Assembly: GCA_965197585.1 (NCBI GenBank)
Contig: OZ240215.1
Location: 576,001-640,000, forward strand
DNA length: 64,000 nt
Direction of reading: 5' to 3'
DNA from: Dehalococcoidia bacterium
Lineage (GTDB): Bacteria; Chloroflexota; Dehalococcoidia; Plut-88900
Notes under the pieces: generated by a model
The model's database searches: none
What the model was told of the DNA's origin: nothing
Seen by the model: the letters and a program-made list of their open reading frames with translations, nothing else
Made by a program: the position numbers and the translations under genes
In this document: positions 48,094 through 57,638 of the stretch, one piece after another
How the letters are laid out: each line of letters opens with the position of its first letter
Numbering within the stretch: the first letter of the stretch is position 1

Positions 48094-48170
48094 ATGTAGT
48101 CTCCAGGGGGCAGATGTGCAGTTACATTATTGCCCAAAGACATCCGCCCCGCTATATTAGCGCAACTATC

Positions 48171-49406
48171 ATGTTAGAACGTCCTAAAACCGCCCCTCCT
48201 CCACAAGCCCTTACCGGGACACGGGTTCTGGACCTGACCCACTACGCCGCCGGCCCGTTCTGCACCAAGCTCCTTGCTGACTACGGCGCGGACGTAATCA
48301 AGGTTGAAAGGCCGGGTCACGGTGATCCGGGGCGAAGGCTCGGCCCGTTCCACAATGACCTCCCCGCATCTGAATCCAGCGCACTATTCCAGTTCCTGAA
48401 CCAGAACAAGCTCGGTGTGACGCTTGACCTGAAGCGGTCTGCAGGCGTGAAACTCTTTGAGGGGCTGGCCCGGTGGGCTGATGTGATTGTTGAGAGCTTC
48501 AGGCCGGGTGTAATGAAAGGCTTCGGGCTGGGCTACTCTCGACTAAAGCAGATCAACCCCAACGTGGTCCTCACTTCCATCTCCAATTTCGGGCAGAACG
48601 GGCCTTACAAAAATCACAAGGCCACGGAGATAGTTGAATATGCGACCGGAGGCCCCATGCTTTTTACCGGCGCCGCCCGCCGAGAGCCGGTGAAGCACGG
48701 GGGACGGGTGGGGATGTATTTCGCCGGCCAAGTCGCGGCCATCGCCACGCTTTCGGCGTTGTACCGGCAGATGGGCAGCGAGGCCTCGGGGGACCACCTG
48801 GACATATCGATTATGGAGACCCAGGCCGGGACTATCGACAGGCAGTCGGCGCTTTTGCTCAGTCACGTATACACCGGCCGACGGTACTCCCGGTACGCCG
48901 GCGAAAATAAGGGGTTCTCCCAAGTCTATCCCGGCAAAGATGGGTATATGGACGTGCAGTCTGCAGGAAGGTTCCCAAGGCTCCTTGAGCTTCTTAACGC
49001 ACCGGACTTCTTCGAAAAGAATGGTGTCGACGTGGCAACGGCTCTCGCAACGCCACGCGTGATACGAAAGCTGGATGGTATGGTGGCGGAGTGGGTGGCG
49101 GGCCGCACCCAGGGTGAGAGCTGGGCACAGAGTCAGGCCCAAAGGACACTGTCGGCCCCACTCTACGATCCGGCAGGCGTGGCCTCCGACCCGGGGTTCC
49201 AGGTGAGAGGTGTATGGGCTGGTGTCGAGAATCCCCGCTATGGACGTCGAGTATTCCCAGCTCGTCACATGATCATGCATCGTACCCCCTGGCAGATTGG
49301 TAGACCCGCCCCGGCCATCGGCCAGCACAACCGTAATGTCTACTGCGGGATTCTTGGTTTGAGCCGCCGGGAGCTGTCGATGCTGCGACAGGAGGGGGTT
49401 GTCTAA
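48171..49406 (+). CDS. Family III CoA-transferase, subunit apparently lacking the catalytic Asp
   Basis: AGPFCTKLLADYGADVIKVE, NQNK, SISNFGQNGPY; GMYFAG at the Asp position. Start ATG 48171. Confidence 0.88.
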   Translation: MLERPKTAPPPQALTGTRVLDLTHYAAGPFCTKLLADYGADVIKVERPGHGDPGRRLGPFHNDLPASESSALFQFLNQNKLGVTLDLKRSAGVKLFEGLARWADVIVESFRPGVMKGFGLGYSRLKQINPNVVLTSISNFGQNGPYKNHKATEIVEYATGGPMLFTGAARREPVKHGGRVGMYFAGQVAAIATLSALYRQMGSEASGDHLDISIMETQAGTIDRQSALLLSHVYTGRRYSRYAGENKGFSQVYPGKDGYMDVQSAGRFPRLLELLNAPDFFEKNGVDVATALATPRVIRKLDGMVAEWVAGRTQGESWAQSQAQRTLSAPLYDPAGVASDPGFQVRGVWAGVENPRYGRRVFPARHMIMHRTPWQIGRPAPAIGQHNRNVYCGILGLSRRELSMLRQEGVV

Positions 49407-50704
49407 TGTCTGTGCGTTTGCCTTTGGAAGGTGTGCGGATCATCGATATGACCCTCGCCTGGGTCGGGCCTTTTGGAACGCAGCTCCTGGCCGACTGGGG
49501 CGCCGAGGTCATTCGCGTCGAGCCGATCTCCATATTCCAGTACGGGACGCGAGCTACCGGCATCCTACCGATGGATCGCGGACTATACGACTGGGCAAGC
49601 AGCTACCCCGACGAAATCCCCGGCGAACGCCACTGGAACCGAAACGCGGTTTTCCAGATTCACGGCCGCAACAAGCTCAGCATGACCTCGAATATACCCG
49701 CCCCCGACATCATGGACACCCATCTCCAACTTGCATCCATTTCGGATGTGGTGATCGAGAACAACGTCCCCCAGACCTACGACAAGATTGGCGCCAGCTA
49801 TGATCAGCTGCGTCAAGCCAGACCGGACATCATAATGGTCCGCGTTCCGGCCTACGGGCTCACCGGCCCCTATGCCAGGTACAGAGCGTTGGGTCCGCAG
49901 ATGGAGTCGGCGGCCGGGCATACCTGGATACGCGGATACAGGGACGGGCCCTTCACGGACGCCGGCACGTCATTTTTGGGTGATGCTGTTGGTGGGGTAA
50001 CCGGGGCTTTTGCCGTCCTCATGGCCCTGTGTCATCGCAAGAGGACTGGACAGGGGCAGCTGGTGGAGGTGGCAACTACGGAGGCAATACTTAGCTATGT
50101 TCCGGAGTCTACTCTCGACTGGCGGGTGAATGGGCGGATCCAAAGCGCAATGGGGAACACTCACCCCTCCCGTGCCCCCCAAGGGTGCTACAGGTGCCGC
50201 GGCGAAGACAACTGGATCGTGCTATCGGTGGGAAGTGACGATGAGTGGGTGGCACTTAAGAGGACTATGGGCAACCCCGACTGGGCCCGGGACGCGAGGT
50301 TTGATACGGTCCTTGGCCGTTACCGCTGCCAAGAGGAGATTGACGACCACCTTGAAGAATGGACGGCTGACAAGGACCACGTCGAGTTGATGGGGTTGCT
50401 TCAGGCCGAGGGTGTGCCCGCGGGTGCGGTGCATGACCAGCAGGAGCTTTACGAAGACCCTCAAATGGTGGCTCGGGGCTATTTCGAGCAGCTGGAGCAG
50501 CCGTCGACCGGAAGACATGCCTATACTGGCATGATGTGGAAAATGACGGAGACACCCAACGGAATCAGGCTCCCCGCACCCATGCTCGGTGAGCACAACG
50601 AGTACGTTTTCAAGGAGCTGTTGGGGGTGACGGAGGCGGAATACAAGAGCCTTGAAGAGAAGGGTCACGTGGGCATGGACTATCCGGCCCACCTGTATGA
50701 TTGA
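49406..50704 (+). CDS. Family III CoA-transferase with catalytic Asp
   Basis: WVGP, ADWGAEVIRVE, RNK, LGDAVGG, PMLGEHN; TAATG coupling with the upstream gene. Confidence 0.9.
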   Translation: MSVRLPLEGVRIIDMTLAWVGPFGTQLLADWGAEVIRVEPISIFQYGTRATGILPMDRGLYDWASSYPDEIPGERHWNRNAVFQIHGRNKLSMTSNIPAPDIMDTHLQLASISDVVIENNVPQTYDKIGASYDQLRQARPDIIMVRVPAYGLTGPYARYRALGPQMESAAGHTWIRGYRDGPFTDAGTSFLGDAVGGVTGAFAVLMALCHRKRTGQGQLVEVATTEAILSYVPESTLDWRVNGRIQSAMGNTHPSRAPQGCYRCRGEDNWIVLSVGSDDEWVALKRTMGNPDWARDARFDTVLGRYRCQEEIDDHLEEWTADKDHVELMGLLQAEGVPAGAVHDQQELYEDPQMVARGYFEQLEQPSTGRHAYTGMMWKMTETPNGIRLPAPMLGEHNEYVFKELLGVTEAEYKSLEEKGHVGMDYPAHLYD

Positions 50705-50737
50705 GTCCTGCAAGGGTTACAGGGGAGGAGGTCCAGA

Positions 50738-52168
50738 ATGCTCGACTTAGTGGTCCGTGGCGGTACCGTCGTTGCCCCGTGGGGCGTAGGCCCGTGGGAC
50801 GTGGCCGTGAAGGATGAGCGCATAGTCGCGGTCTCGGAACCCGGGACGCTGGCCCAGGATGTGGGCAGGGTCATCGACGCCCGCGGCAAGATCGTTGTGC
50901 CCGGCGGCGTCGAGCCTCACGCTCATTGCTCCTGGACCGTACCTACTTTGGCTCACGAAGGTGTCAGCACCGGCAGCATCGAGGACGTCAGCCGGGCCTG
51001 TCTGTTCGGCGGCACCACCACGCTGGTCGATTTCGCATACTGGGAGCCGGGGGAGGACCTGTTCGAGACCCTGGAAAAGAAAGAGGCCATATTCAAGGGG
51101 AACAGCCACGTCGATTACTCCTATCACGTCTCTCTTTACTCGACCAAGGGAGACCTGCCTTTCAGCGTGATGGAACAGATTGGGGAGGTGATCGATGCGG
51201 GGTATCCCAGCTTCAAGGTCTGGACCACCAACACCACCCCCCACCGCCCCAAACAGATGACCGACATCGGTCATCTCGCCGAGATTATGGGCCACGTGGG
51301 TCGGGGCGGGGGCATGATGCTCGTCCATGCCGAGGACGAGGACATAGTGATGTTTATGTATAAGAAGCAGGCCCACCTCGGCCAGGTGCACCGCAAGTAC
51401 ATGCACCACGTTCACAACAACATGTCTGAAGACATATCTTTCAGAAGGGTTATCAGGCTGTCCGAGTGGATGGACTGTGCCCTATACCTCGTCCACGTAA
51501 GCGCCAAGGAAGGAGTGGAAGCTATAGCCGAGGCCCGGACCAAGGGGTTGCCGGTCTACGGTGAGACCCTGCACCACTACGCTTCCTTCAACCACAAGGA
51601 CTACGAAAGGCCAGACGGCGCCCTTTACCATACCTACCCTTCGCTGAAGACCGAGGCGGACCAGACGGCCTTGTGGGAAGGACTGATTAACGGCGAGCTG
51701 TCGACTCTTGCCACTGATGAGCTTTGGACCAGCAAGACCCACAAGCTCCGAGGCCAGACTATCGAGGACACGACTGGAGGCAGCGAGGGTGTCGAGTCCC
51801 GGATGGGCATCGGGTACAGCGAGGGGGTGGTGAAGCGTGGCATGAGCCTGGAACGGTACGTGGACATAACGTCGGCGAATGCGGCAAGGCTGCTCGGGCT
51901 CTACCCGAGAAAGGGTGCCCTGAGCCCCGGCAGCGACGCTGACATTGCCATAATAGACCCCGACTACAACAAGACACTTGAGCTTTCCGACCTGCATGGC
52001 GCCGACTACAGCATCTGGGTGGGATGGGAGGTGCGTGGGTGGCCGGTAATGACCATCCTTCGGGGAGAGGTTGTAGTTGAGGATGGCAAGCTTTTCGGGA
52101 CGAAGGACAGGGGCCTGCTTCTCCCTCGAAAGATAGACGGGCGGGTAGTAGCTAGTCCCGTGTGTTAA
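50738..52168 (+). CDS. Dihydropyrimidinase / hydantoinase family cyclic amidohydrolase
   Basis: PGGVEPHAH, GGTTT, SFK (carboxylated Lys), HAED, VHVS, ATD, GSDAD. Confidence 0.88.
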   Translation: MLDLVVRGGTVVAPWGVGPWDVAVKDERIVAVSEPGTLAQDVGRVIDARGKIVVPGGVEPHAHCSWTVPTLAHEGVSTGSIEDVSRACLFGGTTTLVDFAYWEPGEDLFETLEKKEAIFKGNSHVDYSYHVSLYSTKGDLPFSVMEQIGEVIDAGYPSFKVWTTNTTPHRPKQMTDIGHLAEIMGHVGRGGGMMLVHAEDEDIVMFMYKKQAHLGQVHRKYMHHVHNNMSEDISFRRVIRLSEWMDCALYLVHVSAKEGVEAIAEARTKGLPVYGETLHHYASFNHKDYERPDGALYHTYPSLKTEADQTALWEGLINGELSTLATDELWTSKTHKLRGQTIEDTTGGSEGVESRMGIGYSEGVVKRGMSLERYVDITSANAARLLGLYPRKGALSPGSDADIAIIDPDYNKTLELSDLHGADYSIWVGWEVRGWPVMTILRGEVVVEDGKLFGTKDRGLLLPRKIDGRVVASPVC

Positions 52169-52222
52169 GTAGAATATCTACTGGGTTGTGTACGATCTCA
52201 GACTTCACGTAAGGAAATAACC

Positions 52223-52615
52223 ATGACAGACCAATCCGGCGCGATAGCTGCCTTAACCCACGTTGGCATTGATGTTTCCGATCTTGAGCGGGCCGAGGCT
52301 TTCTATTCGGCCTTGCTAGGTGTTGAGCGATACGCTGCATGGGACCAGTTCATCGCCTTCACGCCGGTTCCCAACGGTATGATCGTCTACCTTCAGCAAG
52401 TCCCGGAGAAGAAGACCGCCAAGACCCGGGTTCACTTCGATCTGACGGTGCCCGACGTTAAGGCGGCTGTGCCCAGGGTCCAGGCCCTGGGTGCCAGGCT
52501 TCTGAATGAGGAATACGGGGAACCAACGGACGGGCTGGCCGTCTTCGCCGATCCGGATGGCAATGAGTTCTGCCTGTTGAACTTCGACCTGGATAGCAAA
52601 GCCTCGAAAGACTGA
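52223..52615 (+). CDS. VOC/glyoxalase family protein, copy 1
   Basis: AEAFYSALLG, QQVPEKK..KTRVHFD, ADPDGNEFC. Confidence 0.88.
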   Translation: MTDQSGAIAALTHVGIDVSDLERAEAFYSALLGVERYAAWDQFIAFTPVPNGMIVYLQQVPEKKTAKTRVHFDLTVPDVKAAVPRVQALGARLLNEEYGEPTDGLAVFADPDGNEFCLLNFDLDSKASKD

Positions 52616-52652
52616 GTTTATGGACATTCAATACTCATTAGGAGTTGTATAA

Positions 52653-53015
52653 ATGACAGAACAGAATGCGCCGCTGGGAGTATTGACCCAAGTGGGTATA
52701 GACGTTTCCGATCTGGCCCGCGCGGAGGCCTTTTATTCGGCTTTGCTTGGCGTTAAACGTAATGCGGCGGATGATCGATACCTCAACTTCGAACCTCTAC
52801 CCGGTGGTCTGACGATTTATCTTCAACGAGTCCCCGAAAAAAAGTCCAGCAAGACTCGCCTACACATGGACATTGTTGTAAAGGACACTCCTGCGGCCTT
52901 GGCCACTGTCGAGGCTCTGGGAGGCAATCGACTGGAGTCTTTCTTGGAAGAGGGAGAGGGTTGGACGGTAGTCGCAGATCCGGACGGCAATGAGCTCTGC
53001 CTGCTGCAGGGCTAG
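52653..53015 (+). CDS. VOC/glyoxalase family protein, copy 2
   Basis: AEAFYSALLG, QRVPEKK..KTRLHMD, ADPDGNELC. Confidence 0.88.
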   Translation: MTEQNAPLGVLTQVGIDVSDLARAEAFYSALLGVKRNAADDRYLNFEPLPGGLTIYLQRVPEKKSSKTRLHMDIVVKDTPAALATVEALGGNRLESFLEEGEGWTVVADPDGNELCLLQG

Positions 53016-54049
53016 GAAGCGTATTCCCGGAAAACCGACTCAACGATGTCCAGGGCCTGGTCAATATCCTCGGGGCCGATGCCGTTGTGAGTGACGAACC
53101 GCCACGTTCTGTCGCTCGTGCCACCCTTGATCCCGAGGCTCTCTAGCCTGGACGCAATATCGGACGGAGGCCCATCCACTACCTTGAAGTAGACCTGGTT
53201 GGTCGGATATTTCTCCGGGTCAATGTCTATGCCAGGAATTTGGCTCAGGCCCCGAGCCAGGCGTCGGGCGTTGGAGTGGTCTTCGGCCAACCGTTCGATC
53301 ATGCTCTCCAGCGCCACGATGCCCGCTGCGGCTATAACTCCCACCTGCCTCATCCCACCACCCAGGGTCTCCCGCCAGTATCGCGCCTGGTTGATGAACT
53401 CGGCGCTGCCGCAGAGCATCGAGCCGATGGGACAGCTCAGTCCCTTCGATAAGCAGAAGCTCACCGAATCCGCATCCTTCACCAGCTCGGAGGTCGGAGT
53501 CTCCAGATAGACCGACGCGTTGAATATCCGCGCACCGTCCATGTGGAGCGGGAGCCCATGACGCCGTGCCACCGATGCCACCTCCCCGATCTCGTCCTGG
53601 GTCAGTACAGACCCGCCGCAGAAGGTGTGAGTGTTCTCCAGGGCAATCAGGCCGGTTGGTGGGTCATGGGGATCGTCGGGGCGGATGGCTTGTTCGACCT
53701 CGTCAAGGTCCAGGGTGCCTCGTTCTCCATTGGGAAGCGTCTGGATGTGGACGTTCCCGAGGCCCGAAGCGCCGCCCCCCTCCTCCAGGAAGATGTGGGA
53801 CTGGTCTCCTACTATAAGCTCATCGCCCCTGTTGCAGTGGGTGAGAATGGCCACGAGGTTGCTCATGGTGCCCGAGACGGTGAAGAGAGCAGCCTCTTTG
53901 CCGAGCTTCTCGGCGGCGAGGGCTTCCAGACGGTTGACCGTCGGGTCGTCGCCGTACTCATCATCCCCTAGCTCCGCGTTGAGCATGGCGTCGTACATCT
54001 CGGGGGTGGGGTGGGTTACGGTGTCGCTGCGTAAGTCGATGATACGCAT
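53012..54049 (-). CDS. ltaE: Low-specificity L-threonine aldolase
   Basis: IDLRSDTVT, SGTMSN, ENTH, HMDGARIFNA, CLSKGL (PLP Lys), GGGMRQ. Confidence 0.93.
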   Translation of the reverse strand: MRIIDLRSDTVTHPTPEMYDAMLNAELGDDEYGDDPTVNRLEALAAEKLGKEAALFTVSGTMSNLVAILTHCNRGDELIVGDQSHIFLEEGGGASGLGNVHIQTLPNGERGTLDLDEVEQAIRPDDPHDPPTGLIALENTHTFCGGSVLTQDEIGEVASVARRHGLPLHMDGARIFNASVYLETPTSELVKDADSVSFCLSKGLSCPIGSMLCGSAEFINQARYWRETLGGGMRQVGVIAAAGIVALESMIERLAEDHSNARRLARGLSQIPGIDIDPEKYPTNQVYFKVVDGPPSDIASRLESLGIKGGTSDRTWRFVTHNGIGPEDIDQALDIVESVFREYAS

Positions 54050-54054
54050 GGCTG

Positions 54055-54984
54055 CTAGAGCTTGGGGATGATGTCCTTGGCCAGCCTCTCGGCGTGCTCT
54101 TTCAGGTCGAACACGGGGTTGAACATAATAATGTCCGGGTCTTCTTCCATGACCCGGCCCAGACCGTCGATGACTTCCTCCTCGGACCCGAACACCGAGA
54201 CCTTACGGGCCCTTGCTGCGTCGTGGTAGTAACCGTCGAACCACTCTTCCAGCTTTCGTGCGGCCCTTTCCTTATCGTTGTCGATTGCCAGGTAGACCCG
54301 CTTCCCGAGGGGGAATGTTCCCGGGTCCCGGCCCACCTCTGCCATGTATGAGCGGATGTGAGCGATGGACCTCTTGAAGGCATTGGTAGTCGATGACCCA
54401 GCCCCCATCCACCCGTCTCCGATCCTCACTGCACGTTCCAGTGCGGGCTCGGCGTGGGCGCCGAACCAGATTGGGGGTCGGGGGGACTGGAGGGGTTTGG
54501 GGTTAATGCTCACGTTTTGCAGGTCCCAAAAGCGGTCTTTGAAGGTGACCTGGGGCTCGGTCCAGAGGCGTTTGAGCAGCGCGACGGTGTGCTCAAACCG
54601 GGTGACGCGGTGCTTGTCGTCGAACCCAAAGGCAGGGTACCTCTCTTCGTGGTTACCTATTCCAACTCCCAGCATAAGACGTCCGCCCGACAACTGGTCC
54701 AGACTGGCCGATATTTTGGCCAGGTGGACGGGATTCTGGAATGGCAGCACCAGCACCGAAATACCGAGGCCAACCCTCTCAGTGACTGTAGATGCGTAGG
54801 CAAGCAGGGTGAACGGGTCCAGGGTGTCCATAGTCCCGAGGACCGAGTCCTGGGTCCATACGCTATCGTAGCCGAGGGACTCGACGAGCCTAAGATGCTC
54901 TTCGACGAAGACCATGTCTACGGGCCCGTATGGGAACATCTGGGGCACGGCGATGCCCACCTTGGTTTTTTTGCCAGCAAGCAT
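54055..54984 (-). CDS. LLM class (probably F420-dependent) oxidoreductase
   Basis: YDSVW, NPVHLAK..ASLDQLSGGRL, PKPLQSPRPPIWFG, GDGW. Confidence 0.9.
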   Translation of the reverse strand: MLAGKKTKVGIAVPQMFPYGPVDMVFVEEHLRLVESLGYDSVWTQDSVLGTMDTLDPFTLLAYASTVTERVGLGISVLVLPFQNPVHLAKISASLDQLSGGRLMLGVGIGNHEERYPAFGFDDKHRVTRFEHTVALLKRLWTEPQVTFKDRFWDLQNVSINPKPLQSPRPPIWFGAHAEPALERAVRIGDGWMGAGSSTTNAFKRSIAHIRSYMAEVGRDPGTFPLGKRVYLAIDNDKERAARKLEEWFDGYYHDAARARKVSVFGSEEEVIDGLGRVMEEDPDIIMFNPVFDLKEHAERLAKDIIPKL

Positions 54985-55036
54985 GATTGGACGCCTCCCA
55001 AAGGGTTTCGAGGCTATTGTACAGGACTGGGAAGGG

Positions 55037-56170
55037 CTAGGAGTTGGCCCAGGGGTCGGGGCAATCGGCGAAGCGGGACAGGCTGAACGGTTCTATCGGG
55101 AGTCGGGGCTCGTTTCCGACTATTGAGTCGGCGATCATTTCACCGGACATGGCAGCAAGGGTAATACCCTTTCGCATGTGCCCCGCCGAGATGAAAGCGC
55201 CATCAAGACCGGGGACCGGGCCCAGGATTGGGATTTCGTCCGGGGTTGCGGGCCGGAGCCCCGTTATCACCCAGGAGATTGATGCCTCCTCCATGGCCGG
55301 ACATACCTTGAGAGCTCCTTCCAGGACGTGTTCCACTCCTTCTTGAGACACCGACTTGTCGTAGCCCCGAAAACCGTCGTAGCTGCCGGACAGAATCGTT
55401 CCATTGAGCTTGGAGGTGACATAGGAGCGGCCGTGGTGGATGTTGGCCCCGAGCGGCGGGCCCGGCGCTTGAAGCTCGACCATCTGGCCCTTGTACGGCC
55501 TTATGGGTACTGGAGTGTCGATCCAATCGGAGGCTTCGGAGGTCCATGCACCCATCGCCAGCACTACCGCCCCACAGGCCACAACATCCTCGTCGGTGAT
55601 GATTCCCGTCACCCGAGTCCCATTCTTTTCCAACCCCTTAACGTCGGTGTAGCGGACCTCCACGCCGAGGGATTCGGCAGCGCCGATGTAAGCTAGTGTG
55701 AGCCTGTAGGCGTCGGCCTGGTTCAGTTCCTCAAGGTAGAGCCCGCTCCTGGCTTCGCGTGTTATACGGGAGTCGATTCGGTAAAGGTCGTCGTCCGTCA
55801 CCCACGATACCTTGGGCATGAGATTGCGCCTCCACTCCATGTTGGCGCGGTTCGCTGCCTCGTCTTCCTCGGTGAAGGCCAGGTCCAGCCAGGAGATTTC
55901 CCCGTAGTAGGTGTGTACGCCGGAAGCCTCTTCCATCTCCGGGATCAGTGTCTTGTACTTTTCGAAGGAGGTTCGGGCGAGTTCAAGGTAGGGGCCCGGG
56001 GTGTCGATGGACATGGCCGAGATCATGCCGGTGGCTACACCGGACGCTTCACACCCGATCGACTCCCGTTCGAATATGGTGGACTTTACGCCCAGCTTGG
56101 CGAGATGGTAGGCGATAGAACCGCCCATGATCCCCCCGCCGACTATGGCTACATCTGTTGAGTTGGTCAT
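55037..56170 (-). CDS. thiO: Glycine oxidase ThiO-like, copy 2
   Basis: GGGIMG, ASGVATG, GAW, KGQ, GLRP, GHMRKGITL; ATGA-coupled to thiS. Confidence 0.75.
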   Translation of the reverse strand: MTNSTDVAIVGGGIMGGSIAYHLAKLGVKSTIFERESIGCEASGVATGMISAMSIDTPGPYLELARTSFEKYKTLIPEMEEASGVHTYYGEISWLDLAFTEEDEAANRANMEWRRNLMPKVSWVTDDDLYRIDSRITREARSGLYLEELNQADAYRLTLAYIGAAESLGVEVRYTDVKGLEKNGTRVTGIITDEDVVACGAVVLAMGAWTSEASDWIDTPVPIRPYKGQMVELQAPGPPLGANIHHGRSYVTSKLNGTILSGSYDGFRGYDKSVSQEGVEHVLEGALKVCPAMEEASISWVITGLRPATPDEIPILGPVPGLDGAFISAGHMRKGITLAAMSGEMIADSIVGNEPRLPIEPFSLSRFADCPDPWANS

Positions 56171-56388
56171 TGGGACCTCGGGCCGGCGCCCCCGGCCACC
56201 ATGTGCACTATTTCCAGCTTGTCGCCGTCCTGAAGGGTAATCCCCTCCCAGCGGTCTCGCTTGATGATTTCACCGTTGTATTCGATGACTATCATGCGCG
56301 GCTCAATCTTGTGTGACGCCAGATAACCCAGGAGGTCGACGGGCGTATCCACCTCTCGGCGTTTTCCGTTTACAAGGAGAGTTGACAT
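56167..56388 (-). CDS. thiS: Sulfur carrier protein ThiS with C-terminal extension
   Basis: VNG...EYNGEII.R..W...L.DGD.LEIVHMVAGG followed by AGPRSQ. Confidence 0.92.
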   Translation of the reverse strand: MSTLLVNGKRREVDTPVDLLGYLASHKIEPRMIVIEYNGEIIKRDRWEGITLQDGDKLEIVHMVAGGAGPRSQ

Positions 56389-56399
56389 AGGTCCGGCTA

Positions 56400-57551
56400 T
56401 CAGTGGACGGCCCCGAAGCGGTCCCTGACCATTACCGTTGTGACGCCTTCGAACCTGTCCAGCCGGAAGGGATGAAGATCGAGCCGGGGTTTACCGTCGT
56501 TGATGAGCTGGGACATCACTTCGCCGGTAATTGCACTGAGAGTGATGCCGAGGCGCTGGTGCCCTGTGGCTATGTATGCACCCTCGATGGATGGCACGGC
56601 ACCGAGGATCGGGAGCCAGTCTGCGGAGGCGGGCCGCAGGCCGGTGACGTGGCTTACCACCTTGCTCTCCAGAATGCCGGGACATAGGCTCAGGACGCCC
56701 TCGGAGATCTTGACGATGCCCTGCTCGTGGATGGTGGTGTCGAAACCCATAAAGCCGTCGTAGGTTCCGGTGATAACCGTGCCGCCGAGCTTCGGGGCTA
56801 CGTACCGGTCAACGTGGTGGATCATGCAGGGGAGTGGGGTGCCCGGTATCTCGACGTGAATGGTCTGCCCCTTCAGAGGCTCCACGGGGACGTCCATGCC
56901 GATCCATTCCTCGATGCGCTTGCTCCAGGAGCCGATGGCCAGGACTACGGTGTCCGAGTCTATGGGCCCCAGAGAGGTGTCCAGCCCCTTGACCCGACCT
57001 GCCTCGGTCCTGAGCCCCGTGACTTCACCATACCGGATGGTGACGCCGAGGGCCTCGGCGGCCTGGGCGAAGGCGAGAGTCAGCCGGTAGGCGTCCACCT
57101 GTGCCTGCCCGCCGATGTAGATGCCGCCGATGGCATCCTGAGTTACGCGGGACTCAAGCTCTCTCAAGTCCGACTCGGAGAGCCAGGATGCGACGGGACT
57201 GCTAAGCACCTCGGAGAAAGCTTCCTTGAGTTCCGACTCTTCGTCGTCGGAGCAGGCAATTTCCGTCCAGGCGAAGTCCCCGTACTGTGCATCGATCTTG
57301 GAAAGCTCTTGTACCTCGGGAATGATCTCCTTATGGCGCTTGCAGCTCTCCTCGATAAGACGGGTGAAGGGCTCCGGGGCTCCGGCCTCTTTCAGGGCAA
57401 CCAGCAGGCCGGTTGCGGCCCCAGAGGCCTGGCTCCCTATGGACTCCCGTTCGATTATGGTGCTCTTGATGCCCAGTTGAGCGAGATGATAGGCGATGGA
57501 GCAGCCGATTATTCCACCACCGGCTATCAGCACGTCGGATGAATTGGCCAC
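56400..57551 (-). CDS. thiO: Glycine oxidase ThiO-like, copy 1
   Basis: GGGIIG, ASGAATG, KGQ, YVAP, GLRP, GHQRLGITL; GTG start after GGAGG. Confidence 0.8.
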   Translation of the reverse strand: MANSSDVLIAGGGIIGCSIAYHLAQLGIKSTIIERESIGSQASGAATGLLVALKEAGAPEPFTRLIEESCKRHKEIIPEVQELSKIDAQYGDFAWTEIACSDDEESELKEAFSEVLSSPVASWLSESDLRELESRVTQDAIGGIYIGGQAQVDAYRLTLAFAQAAEALGVTIRYGEVTGLRTEAGRVKGLDTSLGPIDSDTVVLAIGSWSKRIEEWIGMDVPVEPLKGQTIHVEIPGTPLPCMIHHVDRYVAPKLGGTVITGTYDGFMGFDTTIHEQGIVKISEGVLSLCPGILESKVVSHVTGLRPASADWLPILGAVPSIEGAYIATGHQRLGITLSAITGEVMSQLINDGKPRLDLHPFRLDRFEGVTTVMVRDRFGAVH

Positions 57552-57638
57552 GGAGACCTCCCTGTAGGGACTATTCGGGCGGCGAGGCCCGCTAAAACAA
57601 AGTCGGCGCCATGATAGCACCTTCGGCAGGAAATGGGC

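Noticed and set aside
47838-48170. N-terminal extension of the 522-aa CoA-transferase ORF (likewise the extensions on ORFs starting at 2461, 14215, 22135, 37509, 57620, 58487)
   Set aside because: These overlap neighbouring genes or regulatory RNA; downstream starts fit family N-termini and, in most cases, an RBS.
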